A stretch of 64,000 nucleotides of DNA from an uncultured delta proteobacterium (GTDB lineage Bacteria; Desulfobacterota; RBG-13-43-22). The notes below the pieces were generated by a model. The model was not told where the DNA came from. It did not search any database and worked only from the letters and a program-made list of their open reading frames with translations. Both the position numbers and the translations under genes were made by a program. The stretch lies in assembly GCA_963790475.1 (NCBI GenBank), contig CAWBOS010000013.1, positions 160,001 through 224,000 on the forward strand. The letters run 5' to 3'. This document shows positions 39,027 through 49,353 of this stretch, in pieces; within the stretch, counting starts at the first letter, position 1; each line of letters starts with the position of its first letter.

Positions 39027-39236
39027 ATGACCCGACCGACCATTAACGAAACGGACAAGCAAAAGCCTCAGGAGATCATCACTTCTTCGCCGCAAAGGAA
39101 TGAAAATGACCTGATGCTTTGCGGACCCGGTTGCGATTGTGGCAAGCAGACCAAAACCAGCAAATTGAAAATCGTGATCATGCTGATCATCCTGGCGGCT
39201 GTGGCGATCGCTTTGATTTACAAGAGAACATTATGA
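39027..39236 (+). CDS. Small Cys-rich membrane-anchored protein
   Basis: CGPGCDCG followed by a TM helix; G-rich RBS. Confidence 0.5.
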   Translation: MTRPTINETDKQKPQEIITSSPQRNENDLMLCGPGCDCGKQTKTSKLKIVIMLIILAAVAIALIYKRTL

Positions 39237-39511
39237 ATATAAACTAAGAGTTTTGTCCCACCCTCCCCCTCGTAAAAGCAGAAATCCTGGAATATTAGGA
39301 AGTTTTGGATCCTTACGCCTACCCCCGGACCAGATCCGGGGTTCGCTGGATTGGCAGATTTAGGACCTTCTGATAGGCAAAGGTTATCACGCTAAAACAA
39401 ACTTCCCTATCGTCCTTATTTTAAAAGCCCAATTTTTTTATTGACACATATACTACAATGTGGTACAAAAAACCTAAACTAATTTGTGATCGGGGGTAAC
39501 CCGAGTTAATT

Positions 39512-39892
39512 ATGGAAAGTGCAGAATTCGTTCATTACCGAAAACAATTAGGATTGACCCAGAAGAAATTGGCCCAACTGCTGGCGATTTCGATCAAGAC
39601 CGTCCACAGCTACGAACAAGGATGGCGCAACATTCCAGAGAATATAGAAAAGCAATTCTTTTTTTTGATTTCAAGACAAAACCCACCTACCTTAAACTCC
39701 CAACTATGCTGGTTTATTAAAAAATGCCCTGCCGAGAGAAAAAAGCAGTGCCCGGCCTGGAAGTATAAAACCGGCCACCTATGCTGGTTTATCAACGGGA
39801 CTATCTGTGAAGGAAAAGTTCACAAAAATTGGAGCGACAAGATCGAAATCTGTAAGACCTGCCAAGTTTTTAAACCTATTCTGGACTTTTAA
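39512..39892 (+). CDS. XRE-family HTH regulator with a Cys/Trp-rich (CW) C-terminal domain
   Basis: RKQLGLTQKKLAQLLAISIKTVHSYEQG, then CWFIKKC...CPAW...CWFINGTIC...CKTC. Confidence 0.8.
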   Translation: MESAEFVHYRKQLGLTQKKLAQLLAISIKTVHSYEQGWRNIPENIEKQFFFLISRQNPPTLNSQLCWFIKKCPAERKKQCPAWKYKTGHLCWFINGTICEGKVHKNWSDKIEICKTCQVFKPILDF

Positions 39893-39929
39893 TTGGCGGA
39901 TAAAACTTCCAAGTCGATGGAAGACCCTT

Positions 39930-40065
39930 ATGACAGACGAAGAACCATGCAGTTTTGACACCTTAGTCATCCGCTCCGGACAATCGCCGGAATCCCGGGA
40001 AGGGGCGTCCCTGTCTCCGATCTTCCAGACCGCCTCAAACCTTCATCCGACTGGAGAAATGAGCA
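39930..40065 (+). pseudogene. N-terminal relic of a PLP-dependent Cys/Met metabolism enzyme
   Basis: [14 protein letters not shown]...[12 protein letters not shown] resembles the MetB/MetY N-terminus; the rest is absent. Confidence 0.5.
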
Positions 40066-40099
40066 TTACCCTGCATCGCATTTTAGAAAGGAGATCTTT

Positions 40100-41074
40100 A
40101 TGACTGAAAAACTTTCATCCAATCGATCCGATCCCAAGCCCCCGAAAGGATCTGCCCAGAGGAAAGGGGACCAAGATTCCAGGGAGCAACAGACAGAATC
40201 TAATGGGGAGGCGATGGGGGTCGACTGGGAACGCCGGGATTTTATTGGCCGTTCGCTGGCGGCTATCAGTAGCATGGGGCTCTTGGGGTCCCTGACAGCT
40301 AAGGCCGCCTCGGCTCTGGAAACCGCCCCTGAGGCCAAACCGCTGGACTATCCGGAAAGCTTTGCCGATGGCAGCTCCCTGGAGCGGATGCGGACAGAAC
40401 TTTTGAAGGCCATGAAAAAGCCCGTCCGGGACCGCAAATGGGTGATGGTGATTGATCAGCAGAAATGTATCGGCTGTAAGGCCTGTACCGTGTCCTGCTG
40501 CGTGGAGAACAATCTCCCGCCGGGTGTGGTCTACCGGGTTGTGCCCGAACAGGAGGTAGGCCAGTTCCCGAATGTGCGCAGGATCTTCACCCCCAGACCC
40601 TGCATGCAATGTGACAACCCCCCCTGTGTGCCGGTCTGCCCGGTCACGGCAACCTGGAAGGGGGAGGATGGGGTCGTGGTCATAGATTATGAGGTATGTA
40701 TTGGTTGCCGCAACTGCGTGGCGGCCTGTCCGTACAATGCACGCACCGCGGATTTCGGGGAATTTTATGGGGCCTCCACCCCGGCGATTATGAATTATGA
40801 AATACGGCCTAATTACGAGTACAGCAAAAAGTGGCGGCGAGATCCCCACCGGGAACGCTCCCCCATCGGAAACGCCCGGAAGTGCCATTTCTGTCTCCAT
40901 CGGCTTCGCGAGGGTATGCTCCCGGCCTGCGTCACGACCTGTGTCGGTGGGGCCACCTATTTCGGGGATTACCATGACCTTCACAGCCTGGTCCATGAGC
41001 TTATAGGCTCTTCACGGGTCACGCGGCTGAAAGAAGAACTGGGAACGAACCCTTCCGTTTATTACCTGGTTTAA
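40100..41074 (+). CDS. 4x[4Fe-4S] electron-transfer subunit (TtrB/SrdB-like)
   Basis: Tat motif RRDFI; [37 protein letters not shown] and KCHFC...PACVTTC. Confidence 0.9.
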   Translation: MTEKLSSNRSDPKPPKGSAQRKGDQDSREQQTESNGEAMGVDWERRDFIGRSLAAISSMGLLGSLTAKAASALETAPEAKPLDYPESFADGSSLERMRTELLKAMKKPVRDRKWVMVIDQQKCIGCKACTVSCCVENNLPPGVVYRVVPEQEVGQFPNVRRIFTPRPCMQCDNPPCVPVCPVTATWKGEDGVVVIDYEVCIGCRNCVAACPYNARTADFGEFYGASTPAIMNYEIRPNYEYSKKWRRDPHRERSPIGNARKCHFCLHRLREGMLPACVTTCVGGATYFGDYHDLHSLVHELIGSSRVTRLKEELGTNPSVYYLV

Positions 41075-41086
41075 AGGAGAAATCTT

Positions 41087-42238
41087 ATGACAACAACGCA
41101 AAAAAAAGTCATCGGTATTGCCTGGGTCGCCCTGATGATCTGGGGCCTTTTCGGCGTAATGCAACGGCTGGTATATGGTCATCTGCTCGCTGATTACGGC
41201 AGCTACGTACCCTGGGGACTTTGGGTGGCCGCAAAAATCTATTTTATCGGCCTGGCCGAGGGGGTTTCCTTTTTTGTCTGGGTTTGTTATGCCTTTCAAA
41301 TTGAGCGATTCCGTGGTCTGGTGCGTCCCGCCTTGTGGCTGTCCCTGGTCAATATGGTGGTTGGGCTTACAATCATCTCCTTCGACCTGGGGCATATGTG
41401 GCGACTGCAGGAGGTCTTTTTTCGGCCCAACTTTTCCTCCCTGTTGACCATCTCCAGTTGGCTTTCGATGGGCTACCTGGCCTATATCGCCGTGATCCTG
41501 GCCATGGAGGTAAAACCCTATCCCTTAGCAACCAAGACCTACCGCCTCCTCGGCTGGATCGGTATGGCCATAGCCATTATTTTCTCAGGCGGCAACGGCG
41601 CTGAATTCGCCACCCTGATATCCAGTCCCTATTGGCACACTGCCCTCGGCCCGATCCTCTCCATCGGCTATGCCTTGTCTTCCGGCCTGGCCCTGATCTT
41701 AGCAACCGCAGCCTTTTTCTACTTCACGGATTCTTCCAAAGAGCGCGATACCCTGGCCCTCTTGAGTCGGACGGTCGTAGGCCTGCTCTTCCTGGTAATT
41801 ATCCTGGAGTGGTCAGAATTTTCGGTGACCATGTGGTATGGAAGGGATAGATCCTATACGGTGCTCTGGTCCATCCTCTTCGGTCCCTACTGGTACGTCT
41901 TTTGGATCGTTCACCTTCTGGCCGGGGTCATTATTCCCTTAGTGATGCTGATACGGAAACCAGTAAACCGTCTGAATGCCGGCTGGGCCGGTCTGCTGAT
42001 TGTGGTGGCCCACTTCGCGGTTCGCCTGAACCACGTGATCCCGGGCCAGGTAACTCCGGCCATGAAGGGACTGCAGACGGCTTATATGGATAACCGGCTC
42101 AAGTTCGAATACTTCCCGTCAATCCACGAATGGTCGGTCTTTGCCTTTGCTGTGGCCTTATTTATAGCCCTCTTCTATCTGGGCATCCGGTTTCTGCCAA
42201 TCCTTTCAACAAAATCTGTGAATGAGGGAGGGAATTAA
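41087..42238 (+). CDS. NrfD/PsrC-family membrane anchor
   Basis: PWGLWVA.KIYFIGL, DLGH..R, P.W, 9-10 TM helices and YFPSIHEW. Confidence 0.85.
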   Translation: MTTTQKKVIGIAWVALMIWGLFGVMQRLVYGHLLADYGSYVPWGLWVAAKIYFIGLAEGVSFFVWVCYAFQIERFRGLVRPALWLSLVNMVVGLTIISFDLGHMWRLQEVFFRPNFSSLLTISSWLSMGYLAYIAVILAMEVKPYPLATKTYRLLGWIGMAIAIIFSGGNGAEFATLISSPYWHTALGPILSIGYALSSGLALILATAAFFYFTDSSKERDTLALLSRTVVGLLFLVIILEWSEFSVTMWYGRDRSYTVLWSILFGPYWYVFWIVHLLAGVIIPLVMLIRKPVNRLNAGWAGLLIVVAHFAVRLNHVIPGQVTPAMKGLQTAYMDNRLKFEYFPSIHEWSVFAFAVALFIALFYLGIRFLPILSTKSVNEGGN

Positions 42239-42241
42239 CCC

Positions 42242-45200
42242 ATGCGCGTCAAACAAGACCAACAATCCATAGAAAACAAGGCCAACGGGCAAAAAGGAAT
42301 TACCCGTCGCCAAGTGATAAAGTCAACAGCCTTTGTGGGGGGATGTGCCCTCCTGGCCGCTCAGGCAAACAAAATTTTTGGAGTCCTGACCGAGACGACG
42401 GCGGCAGACAGCCAAGGCCCATACGAACTGGCCCAGCCCCACAACCAGCTTTATACCACCTGCCTGCAATGCCATGTTTCCTGCCAGATCAAAGCCAAAA
42501 TCTGGGACGGGACCCTGGCCAAGTTGACGGGCAGTCCTTACAGCCCTCAGACTTTTCTCCCCCATATCCCTTATAAGACCCGTCCCCAGGATACGGCGAC
42601 GATAGACGGGAAGCTGTGTGCCAAGGGACAGGCCGGTATTCAAACTTATTACGATCCCTACCGGATTCGTAAGGTGCTTAAACGGGCCGGCGAACGAGGG
42701 TCCAATAAGTGGCGGACCGTCCCTTTTACCCAATTTATCGAAGAAGTCGTCCGGGGGGGCAAGCTGTTTGCCGAGGTGGGAGACAGCCGCCCCTACCCGG
42801 GATTTGACGAGGTAGTGGTCCTGAGGGATGCCGAGTTATCGAAAAAAATGGCCGAAGACGCTCAGAAATGCGGCAAGGGTGAAATGAATGTCGCTGAATT
42901 CAAGGAAAAGTATCAGCCGCACCTGGATAAGCTTATTGACCCAGAACATCCCGATCTCGGACCGAAGAATAACGGCTTTGTCTTCCTGGCCGGCCGCATT
43001 CAACCCGGCCGGGCCCAATGGATGAAATGGTTTACCGAACAATCCCTTGGATCGAAGAATAATTATGAACATACCACAATTTGTGAGCAGTCCCACCATA
43101 TCGCCTATGACCAGATGACCGGACATAAAACGAACCACCTGAAGCCGGACCTGGCCAACGCCGAGTTTGTTATCTTCTGGGGAACCGGGGCCTTCACGGC
43201 CAACTTCAGCCTGGTGACCATGGCCGAAAAGGTCACCACCGGAAAGCTCAACCGGGGCTTGAAGACCGCGGTGGTGGATGCACGGCTCTCCAATGATGCC
43301 GGTAAGGCCAACTGGTGGCTGCCGGTCCAACCCAATGGCCACGGGGCCCTGGCTATGGCCATGATTCGATGGATACTGGAAAATCAGCGCTATGACCAAC
43401 GGTACCTGGAGAACGCCAACAAGGCGGCGGCCAAGGCCGATAATGAACCGACCTGGACCAACGCCAGCCACTTGGTAAAGATCGTAGAAGGACACCCCCT
43501 GGCTTTGTTGAAGGCCGATGAAGCGGGCATCGGCACAGCGGAACAGAGGGTGGTCTCCCGCGGAGGCCGGCTGATTGCCGTGAGTCCGGACGATGAAAAT
43601 AAGCCGGTAGAAGGAGATCTCCTGGTCAAGACCCAGGTGAAAGGCCTGTCCGTGAAGAGCGCCTTTCAGCTTCTGGTCGAACAGGCCATGGCCCGCACTT
43701 TGGAAGAGTATGCCGAAGAAAGCGGGGTGGATCCCAAAACCATTATCGATGTGGCTAGGGAGTTCACCTCTCACGGAAAAAGGTCCGTGGTGGAGATGTA
43801 TCGGGGACCGGTGCAGCAGACCGACGGATATTATAACGGTTGCCTGGTCATTACCCTGAATGTCCTCATCGGTAACGCCGACTATAAGGGGGGCCTCAGT
43901 AAGGGTGGCGGCCATTGGCACGAATTGGGAGATAAACCAGACAGTATCTATCCCTTTGAAAAGATGCACCCCGGGGCACTTAAGGCTTTTGGGCCCAAAA
44001 TCACCCGTGAGAAGAGCCGGTATGAAGATTCCACCCTTTTCAAAGAACATGGCTACCCGGCCAAGCGGCCCTGGTATCCCTTTACCAGCAATATCTACCA
44101 GGAGGTCATCCCCTCTTTCACGGCCGGATATCCCTATGCCGGGAAAATTCTTTTCCTCCACATGGGCACCCCGGCCCTTTCTACCCCCGGTGGGACCCAG
44201 CATATCATTAACATGCTCAAGGACCCGGCCCGGGTACCGCTCTTCATCGCCAGTGATATTGTTATTGGCGAGACCTCCATGTACGCGGACTATATCGTCC
44301 CGGACCTGACCTATCTGGAACGGTGGGGAATGCCATACGACACGCCGGATGTGCCGACCAAGGTAGGCAAGGTGCGACAGCCAGTGGCCATACCCTTTAC
44401 CGAAGACGTGGAGGTGAACAGCGAACGGATGCCTATCTGTATCGAAACATTTTTGATCGCGGTGGCGACCCGGATGAAGCTCTCCGGATTCGGCCAGGAC
44501 GCCTTTGGTAAGGGGATACCATTAACCCGGCCGGAGGACTGGTACCTGAAAGAGGTGGCCAATATCGCCTTTGGAGATAAGGCCGGCGAAGATGTCCCGG
44601 AAGCCGATGCTGCTGAGATGGCCCTCTTTCGTAAGGCCAGACGGCACCTGCCCCCTTCTGTTTTCGATGAAAAGCGATGGAGCCAGGCCCTGCGATCAGA
44701 GAAGGAATGGCGGAAAGTCGTCTATGTCCTCAACCGCGGAGGCCGGTTTGCAGATTTCAGCCAGGCCTATGAGGGCGATAAAATGAAAAGTGCCCTGAAT
44801 AGCATGTTTCACCTCTTCGTGGAGGAAGTGGCCTCTCAAAAAAACAGTCTCAGCGGGGCCTATTTCAGCGGCGTTCCGATTATCGGCGGCGAAATTGATG
44901 CTGGTGGTAAACCCCTAAAGCGGAGTCAAGAATATCCGTTTAAAATCATCACTTATAAAGAGGCCTTCGGCGGTCATTCCCGGACCATCTCCAATTACTG
45001 GAGCAACATCGCCTTGAGAACGGAGAACAAGATCTTGATTCATCGGCAAGACGCCTTAAAGATCGGCCTGAAACAAGACCAACGGGTGCGGTTGGTATCG
45101 GCGGACAATCCCGGCGGGAAGTTAGAGTTGAAAGACGGGGGAAATCGGGTGGTGCCCATGATCGCCCGAGTGGAAATCACTGAGGGGATCCGTCCGGGTA

Positions 45201-45418
45201 CCCTGGCCGTGTCCTGGCACTACGGCCACTGGGCTTATGGATCCAATGATGTAGTGGTGGATGGCCATAAAATTTATGGGGACCGCCGTCGGGCTTCGGG
45301 GATCTGTGCCAACCATATCCTGGCCGTGGACCCGGTGCTGAAGGATGTTTGCCTGACCGACCCCATCGGCGGCAGTGCCTCTTTTTCCAATAGCCGGGTG
45401 AACGTGGTTCCTGTTTAA
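42242..45418 (+). CDS. Molybdopterin oxidoreductase catalytic subunit, TtrA/SrdA-like
   Basis: Tat RRQVIK, CLQCHVSC...CAKG, HTTICEQSHH, ETSMYADYIVPDLTYLERWG and DPIGGSASF; 1058 aa; B-C-A gene order. Confidence 0.85.
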   Translation: MRVKQDQQSIENKANGQKGITRRQVIKSTAFVGGCALLAAQANKIFGVLTETTAADSQGPYELAQPHNQLYTTCLQCHVSCQIKAKIWDGTLAKLTGSPYSPQTFLPHIPYKTRPQDTATIDGKLCAKGQAGIQTYYDPYRIRKVLKRAGERGSNKWRTVPFTQFIEEVVRGGKLFAEVGDSRPYPGFDEVVVLRDAELSKKMAEDAQKCGKGEMNVAEFKEKYQPHLDKLIDPEHPDLGPKNNGFVFLAGRIQPGRAQWMKWFTEQSLGSKNNYEHTTICEQSHHIAYDQMTGHKTNHLKPDLANAEFVIFWGTGAFTANFSLVTMAEKVTTGKLNRGLKTAVVDARLSNDAGKANWWLPVQPNGHGALAMAMIRWILENQRYDQRYLENANKAAAKADNEPTWTNASHLVKIVEGHPLALLKADEAGIGTAEQRVVSRGGRLIAVSPDDENKPVEGDLLVKTQVKGLSVKSAFQLLVEQAMARTLEEYAEESGVDPKTIIDVAREFTSHGKRSVVEMYRGPVQQTDGYYNGCLVITLNVLIGNADYKGGLSKGGGHWHELGDKPDSIYPFEKMHPGALKAFGPKITREKSRYEDSTLFKEHGYPAKRPWYPFTSNIYQEVIPSFTAGYPYAGKILFLHMGTPALSTPGGTQHIINMLKDPARVPLFIASDIVIGETSMYADYIVPDLTYLERWGMPYDTPDVPTKVGKVRQPVAIPFTEDVEVNSERMPICIETFLIAVATRMKLSGFGQDAFGKGIPLTRPEDWYLKEVANIAFGDKAGEDVPEADAAEMALFRKARRHLPPSVFDEKRWSQALRSEKEWRKVVYVLNRGGRFADFSQAYEGDKMKSALNSMFHLFVEEVASQKNSLSGAYFSGVPIIGGEIDAGGKPLKRSQEYPFKIITYKEAFGGHSRTISNYWSNIALRTENKILIHRQDALKIGLKQDQRVRLVSADNPGGKLELKDGGNRVVPMIARVEITEGIRPGTLAVSWHYGHWAYGSNDVVVDGHKIYGDRRRASGICANHILAVDPVLKDVCLTDPIGGSASFSNSRVNVVPV

Positions 45419-45565
45419 CCGGGTCAGGGAGGGTCTCCAGCCAAGTGTGGCCCTTTTTCTTATGGCCGCGGCCATTATGTGTGGGGCCTACAGCGCTCAA
45501 ACCGTACTGATTCAACCTGGATTCCGCTCCTCGTTCAGATCGAGGATAGGCTTCGCGGGAAAGGC

Positions 45566-45602
45566 GGCATTAGGAACTTTGTAAAGCAGAGCTGGGGACA
45601 CT
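45566..45602. repeat. 37-bp dispersed repeat, copy 1 (REP-like element end)
   Basis: GGCATTAGGAACTTTGTAAAGCAGAGCTGGGGACACT; 34/37 identical to 47151-47187. Confidence 0.8.
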
Positions 45603-45715
45603 TGAGAATGGATAAAAGGATCTTCCGCTAATGCAATTTATATGTAAGCGATGCGGCAATTGCTGTCTCCACCTAACGGATGCTTATCAAATGGAAAGGA
45701 AGAAAGGGGAAAGCC

Positions 45716-46996
45716 ATGAATTGGAAAAAATGGAGTTGTAGTCTGATGGTTATTGGTTGCTTTTTGGTCTGGGGTAACCGAGCTCCCATTTGGGCCGGGG
45801 AGATGGATGTTATGCATCTTCTAAAGCTGCTTCAAAAAAAGGGGGTCATCACCCAACAGGAGGCCGATGATCTCATGAATGAAATGCGCTCCGACACCAA
45901 GAATGAAAAGACGGAAATCAAATCAGAAATCAAAGAAGACATGAAAGAAGCAGCCAAAAAAGGGGAATTTCTCCCCCCAGCTTTAAGGGGGTTTAAATTC
46001 GGAACTACCATCTTTGCCGAATGGAACGCCAAAAACATTACCAATGGGTCCAGTACCAATCAGTTTGCCTTAAATCGAGGGTATGTAACCTTGACCAAAG
46101 ATTTCAATAATTGGCTGGGGATGAACATCACCTCCGATCTGTTTACTTCCGTTGATCCCAACGACAAGGGCAATGGGTTGGAATTGCGTTTGAAATATGC
46201 CTTTGCGAATCTCAATCTCTTTGGTACAACCACCCAGCTTGGTATGGTTCCCACTCCTTCGGATGCCTATGATGTATCCATCTGGCCTTATCGCGTTCAG
46301 GGCAAGAACCTCCTGGATGATCTGGGAATTGAAGCCTCGTCCGATTTTGGTGTTTCCAATCAGGGGGTTTTCGGCGGCTATATGGATGATGATTACCTGC
46401 AATTCGCTTCCAAACAGTTTGCCGGGAAATGGGGCGGTTACTTTGTGGGGCTCTTTAACGGACCGGGCTATACCAATACGGAAGCCAACGGCAATAAGAT
46501 TGTTTCCGGGGTGGTCTATGTTCGTCCGGCCCCCATGGTTCCCGTGCTTAAGGGCCTTCAGTTGGCCTATGTCGGTACTTATGGATCGAGCAATTCCAAC
46601 TTCACCGCAGCCGGAAGGACTAATGATTTCCCGAATTTTCAGGTCAATATCGGACAGTTTTCATTGCAGCACCAGTATTTCACCTTAATGGGCCAATACT
46701 ATTGGGGACAAGCGACCTCGACCTCGACCGAAGAAAATAAACGCAGCGGATATTTAGTCTCCGGATTTGTCCGGATGCCGGGCATGGAGAACCTTCGGCT
46801 CTTTGGTAAGTGGTATAATTATGATCCCAATACCGATGTATCCAATGACAATTATGATACCTATATAGCCGGTGTGTCATACGATTTTTCCAAGGAGTTT
46901 ATGCCTTTTGCCGCCTGGGAACATCGGAGCTTTGCCTCCTCCAAGGCCGGCAGTGATTATGATAAATTCCAGGTCGGCTTTCAGTTGAAGTTTTAG
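45716..46996 (+). CDS. Outer-membrane beta-barrel/porin
   Basis: Signal peptide, LL.LL.KKGVIT..EA coiled N-terminus, beta-strand pattern and terminal FQVGFQLKF. Confidence 0.75.
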   Translation: MNWKKWSCSLMVIGCFLVWGNRAPIWAGEMDVMHLLKLLQKKGVITQQEADDLMNEMRSDTKNEKTEIKSEIKEDMKEAAKKGEFLPPALRGFKFGTTIFAEWNAKNITNGSSTNQFALNRGYVTLTKDFNNWLGMNITSDLFTSVDPNDKGNGLELRLKYAFANLNLFGTTTQLGMVPTPSDAYDVSIWPYRVQGKNLLDDLGIEASSDFGVSNQGVFGGYMDDDYLQFASKQFAGKWGGYFVGLFNGPGYTNTEANGNKIVSGVVYVRPAPMVPVLKGLQLAYVGTYGSSNSNFTAAGRTNDFPNFQVNIGQFSLQHQYFTLMGQYYWGQATSTSTEENKRSGYLVSGFVRMPGMENLRLFGKWYNYDPNTDVSNDNYDTYIAGVSYDFSKEFMPFAAWEHRSFASSKAGSDYDKFQVGFQLKF

Positions 46997-47003
46997 GGGC
47001 TAA

Positions 47004-47158
47004 CATTTTTCCAGGGATTCACCACCCGTCTCTATTGGAGCTTTCCAGATCCGTCCGGTTTTACTGGAACCCAGGAAGAAAAGCTGGAAAAAACGCGAGC
47101 GGTCAAAGAGGCCATCAGAGAGAAAATCGAAGTTTGGCTCATGGCGATGGGGCATTAG
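47004..47158 (+). pseudogene. arsC: C-terminal relic of a thioredoxin-coupled arsenate reductase (LMW-PTP fold)
   Basis: IFPG/FTTRLYWSFPDPSGFTGTQEEKLEKTRAVKEAIREKIEVW*; the CX5R active site is missing. Confidence 0.6.
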
Positions 47159-47187
47159 GAACTTTGTAAAACAGAGTTAGGGACACT
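47151..47187. repeat. 37-bp dispersed repeat, copy 2
   Basis: GGCATTAGGAACTTTGTAAAACAGAGTTAGGGACACT. Confidence 0.8.
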
Positions 47188-47241
47188 ACACGAGGCTATG
47201 GGTATTTTAACCTAAATCATCAAAAAAGAGCGAAAACAGAT

Positions 47242-47922
47242 ATGGGAAAAACGATGGTTTGCGGGAAGTCGGTAGAAGACTTTGTAAAAGTCATTGAAAA
47301 ATTTCATGGTTGGGCCGCCCCAGGTGTGGTCATTGGCGGTTTTATGGTCGATTGGGCTCAAGAACTTTTGGGCGACCATGTGGAAGCCGACGCTATCGTA
47401 GAGACCCGTCACTGTCTCCCGGATGCCGTTCAACTGTTGACCCCCTGTACCTATGGAAACGGCTGGATGAAGATCCTGGATTGGGACAAGTTCGCCCTGA
47501 GTCTCTATGATAAAAAAAGTCTCTCCGGACACAGGGTTTGGATGGATCTTGAGAGGCTCTCCGTCTTTCCCAATATTTATAATTGGTATATGCGCCTGGT
47601 AAAGAAAAAAGATCTGCCCTTATCCGTCTTAAATCAAGATATCCTGTCAGCCGGAAGAAAAATGTTAAATGCCGCCCCCGTTCAGGTCACCCGATACTAT
47701 GGAAAAAACAAAAAGGGGGAGATACGGATCTGTCCGGTCTGCCGGGAAGCCTATCCAGTCAAACAGGGCTTACAATGCCGGGCTTGCCAAGGAGAAGGTT
47801 ATTATGAATTTGAATCACTTCCTTCCAACAATTTTCAGCCGGCCATAGCCCCATTTTCGATCGTCCATTCTAACTCCGTGCCAATTTTTCCAGACCGTAC
47901 CTCGAAGGGGTTTCCCACATAA
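47242..47922 (+). CDS. FmdE family protein (third paralog)
   Basis: FHGWAAPGVVIG, CLPDAVQLLTPCTYGNGW and CPVCREAYP...CRACQG. Confidence 0.85.
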   Translation: MGKTMVCGKSVEDFVKVIEKFHGWAAPGVVIGGFMVDWAQELLGDHVEADAIVETRHCLPDAVQLLTPCTYGNGWMKILDWDKFALSLYDKKSLSGHRVWMDLERLSVFPNIYNWYMRLVKKKDLPLSVLNQDILSAGRKMLNAAPVQVTRYYGKNKKGEIRICPVCREAYPVKQGLQCRACQGEGYYEFESLPSNNFQPAIAPFSIVHSNSVPIFPDRTSKGFPT

Positions 47923-48168
47923 GACGGGAGCGGCAAGGCATCTGGCCCGGGTAGCGCGAAGTTCTAAATAGTGACCGGGTCTATAGGTGGGGGTAAGAGG
48001 GCTCGGACTTCTTTCTTCGCGCTGGTGCAGTTATGGGTTTTCATAATGGGCACCGAGCAAACCGAGTCTGCTCTCATGACTGAAATAGCGAGCTTGTACG
48101 TTAAAAAAAGGTATGATATATTCGCTTCTCATATTCATAATAAACCATTTCATCGGGGGTTTTCTGGT

Positions 48169-49335
48169 ATGAAACAGGTTCTTGCGGGATTCAGGGTGCT
48201 CGATTTTGGACACTACATTCCCGGTCCGTACACAGCTATGCTACTGGCCGAACAGGGGGCTGAGGTGATCAAGATCGAACCCCCTGCCGGCGATCCCCTG
48301 CGCTCGGAGAAAGGATTTGTGGTCCTGAACCGAAGCAAAAAAGGCATGGTTATTGATCTGAAAATGGATGAGGGTAAGAAAATTGCCCGGGACCTAATCC
48401 GGAAGGCCGACGTGGTTATCGAGAATTTCAAGCCGGGTAAGGCCGATCAACTGGGCATCGGATATGAAACAATAAAGAGGCTGAATCCTAAGACGGTTTA
48501 TTGCTCCATCTCCGGGTATGGCCAGTCCGGCCCCTACCGCAACCGACCCGGCTGGGATCCCATTGTGTCGTCTACCGCTACGGTCTATACCGAACAGGGC
48601 GGGGCCGGGATCGCCCCACCTGTCTTCCTGGTTCTGCCTCTGGCCAGTTATTATTCCGCTTTCATGGCCGCCTACAGTATCACCATCGCCCTGATTGCGC
48701 GGGAAAAAACCGGCCAGGGTCAGCAGGTTGACATCTCCCTGCTCAATAGCATTATGGCTGCGGGCTGCGGCGGCTTGGTGAATTTCGAAGCGCGTGAACG
48801 GGTACCCCGTTCCTACCAGCAGGGGGGATCTCCCGTCTATCGGTTGTATCAGGGAAGCGATGGGCGATGGTTCTTCCTGGCCTTGGGAAATCTGGCCTTT
48901 CTGGCCAAGTTCGCCATCGCCATGGGTCACGAAGAATGGTTGATTGATGAAAGATTCGAGGGAGCCCCTTTTATGATTCTGCCCCCCGTCAATGAAGAGC
49001 TGATTAAGATGTTTGAAAAAATATTTGCGGAAAAAACCAGGGACGAATGGCTCGAATTCCTTCGGGCTGAAGACATCCCCTGCGGCCCGGCCCTGCCCGT
49101 GGAGTCATTTTTGGATGATCCTCAGGTGATCGCCAATGACATGGTCAGAGAAATCGAGGAACCCGGACTGGGCCCGGTGCGCCAGATGGGGGTTCCGGTC
49201 CGGTTGAGCCGGGCTCCAGGGACCATAAAAGGCCCTTCACCTCAAAGGGGTGAGCACACCGAGGAGATACTGTCCGACCTACTCAATTACTCGGCCGAAG
49301 AAATCTTTTGGCTTAAACAAAAAAAGGTCATTTAG
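48169..49335 (+). CDS. CaiB/BaiF family III CoA-transferase
   Basis: LAGFRVLDFGHYIPGP, GAEVIKIEPPAGD, NRSKK, ENFKPG and SGYGQSGP. The usual catalytic Asp position appears as LAS. Confidence 0.85.
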   Translation: MKQVLAGFRVLDFGHYIPGPYTAMLLAEQGAEVIKIEPPAGDPLRSEKGFVVLNRSKKGMVIDLKMDEGKKIARDLIRKADVVIENFKPGKADQLGIGYETIKRLNPKTVYCSISGYGQSGPYRNRPGWDPIVSSTATVYTEQGGAGIAPPVFLVLPLASYYSAFMAAYSITIALIAREKTGQGQQVDISLLNSIMAAGCGGLVNFEARERVPRSYQQGGSPVYRLYQGSDGRWFFLALGNLAFLAKFAIAMGHEEWLIDERFEGAPFMILPPVNEELIKMFEKIFAEKTRDEWLEFLRAEDIPCGPALPVESFLDDPQVIANDMVREIEEPGLGPVRQMGVPVRLSRAPGTIKGPSPQRGEHTEEILSDLLNYSAEEIFWLKQKKVI

Positions 49336-49353
49336 GGATCAAGGAGATAAGCG

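Noticed and set aside
42836-44203. Long antisense ORFs (also 40115-40996, 28092-28898, 2015-2725, 16941-17540)
   Set aside because: Shadow frames opposite well-supported GC-rich genes, with no recognisable motifs.
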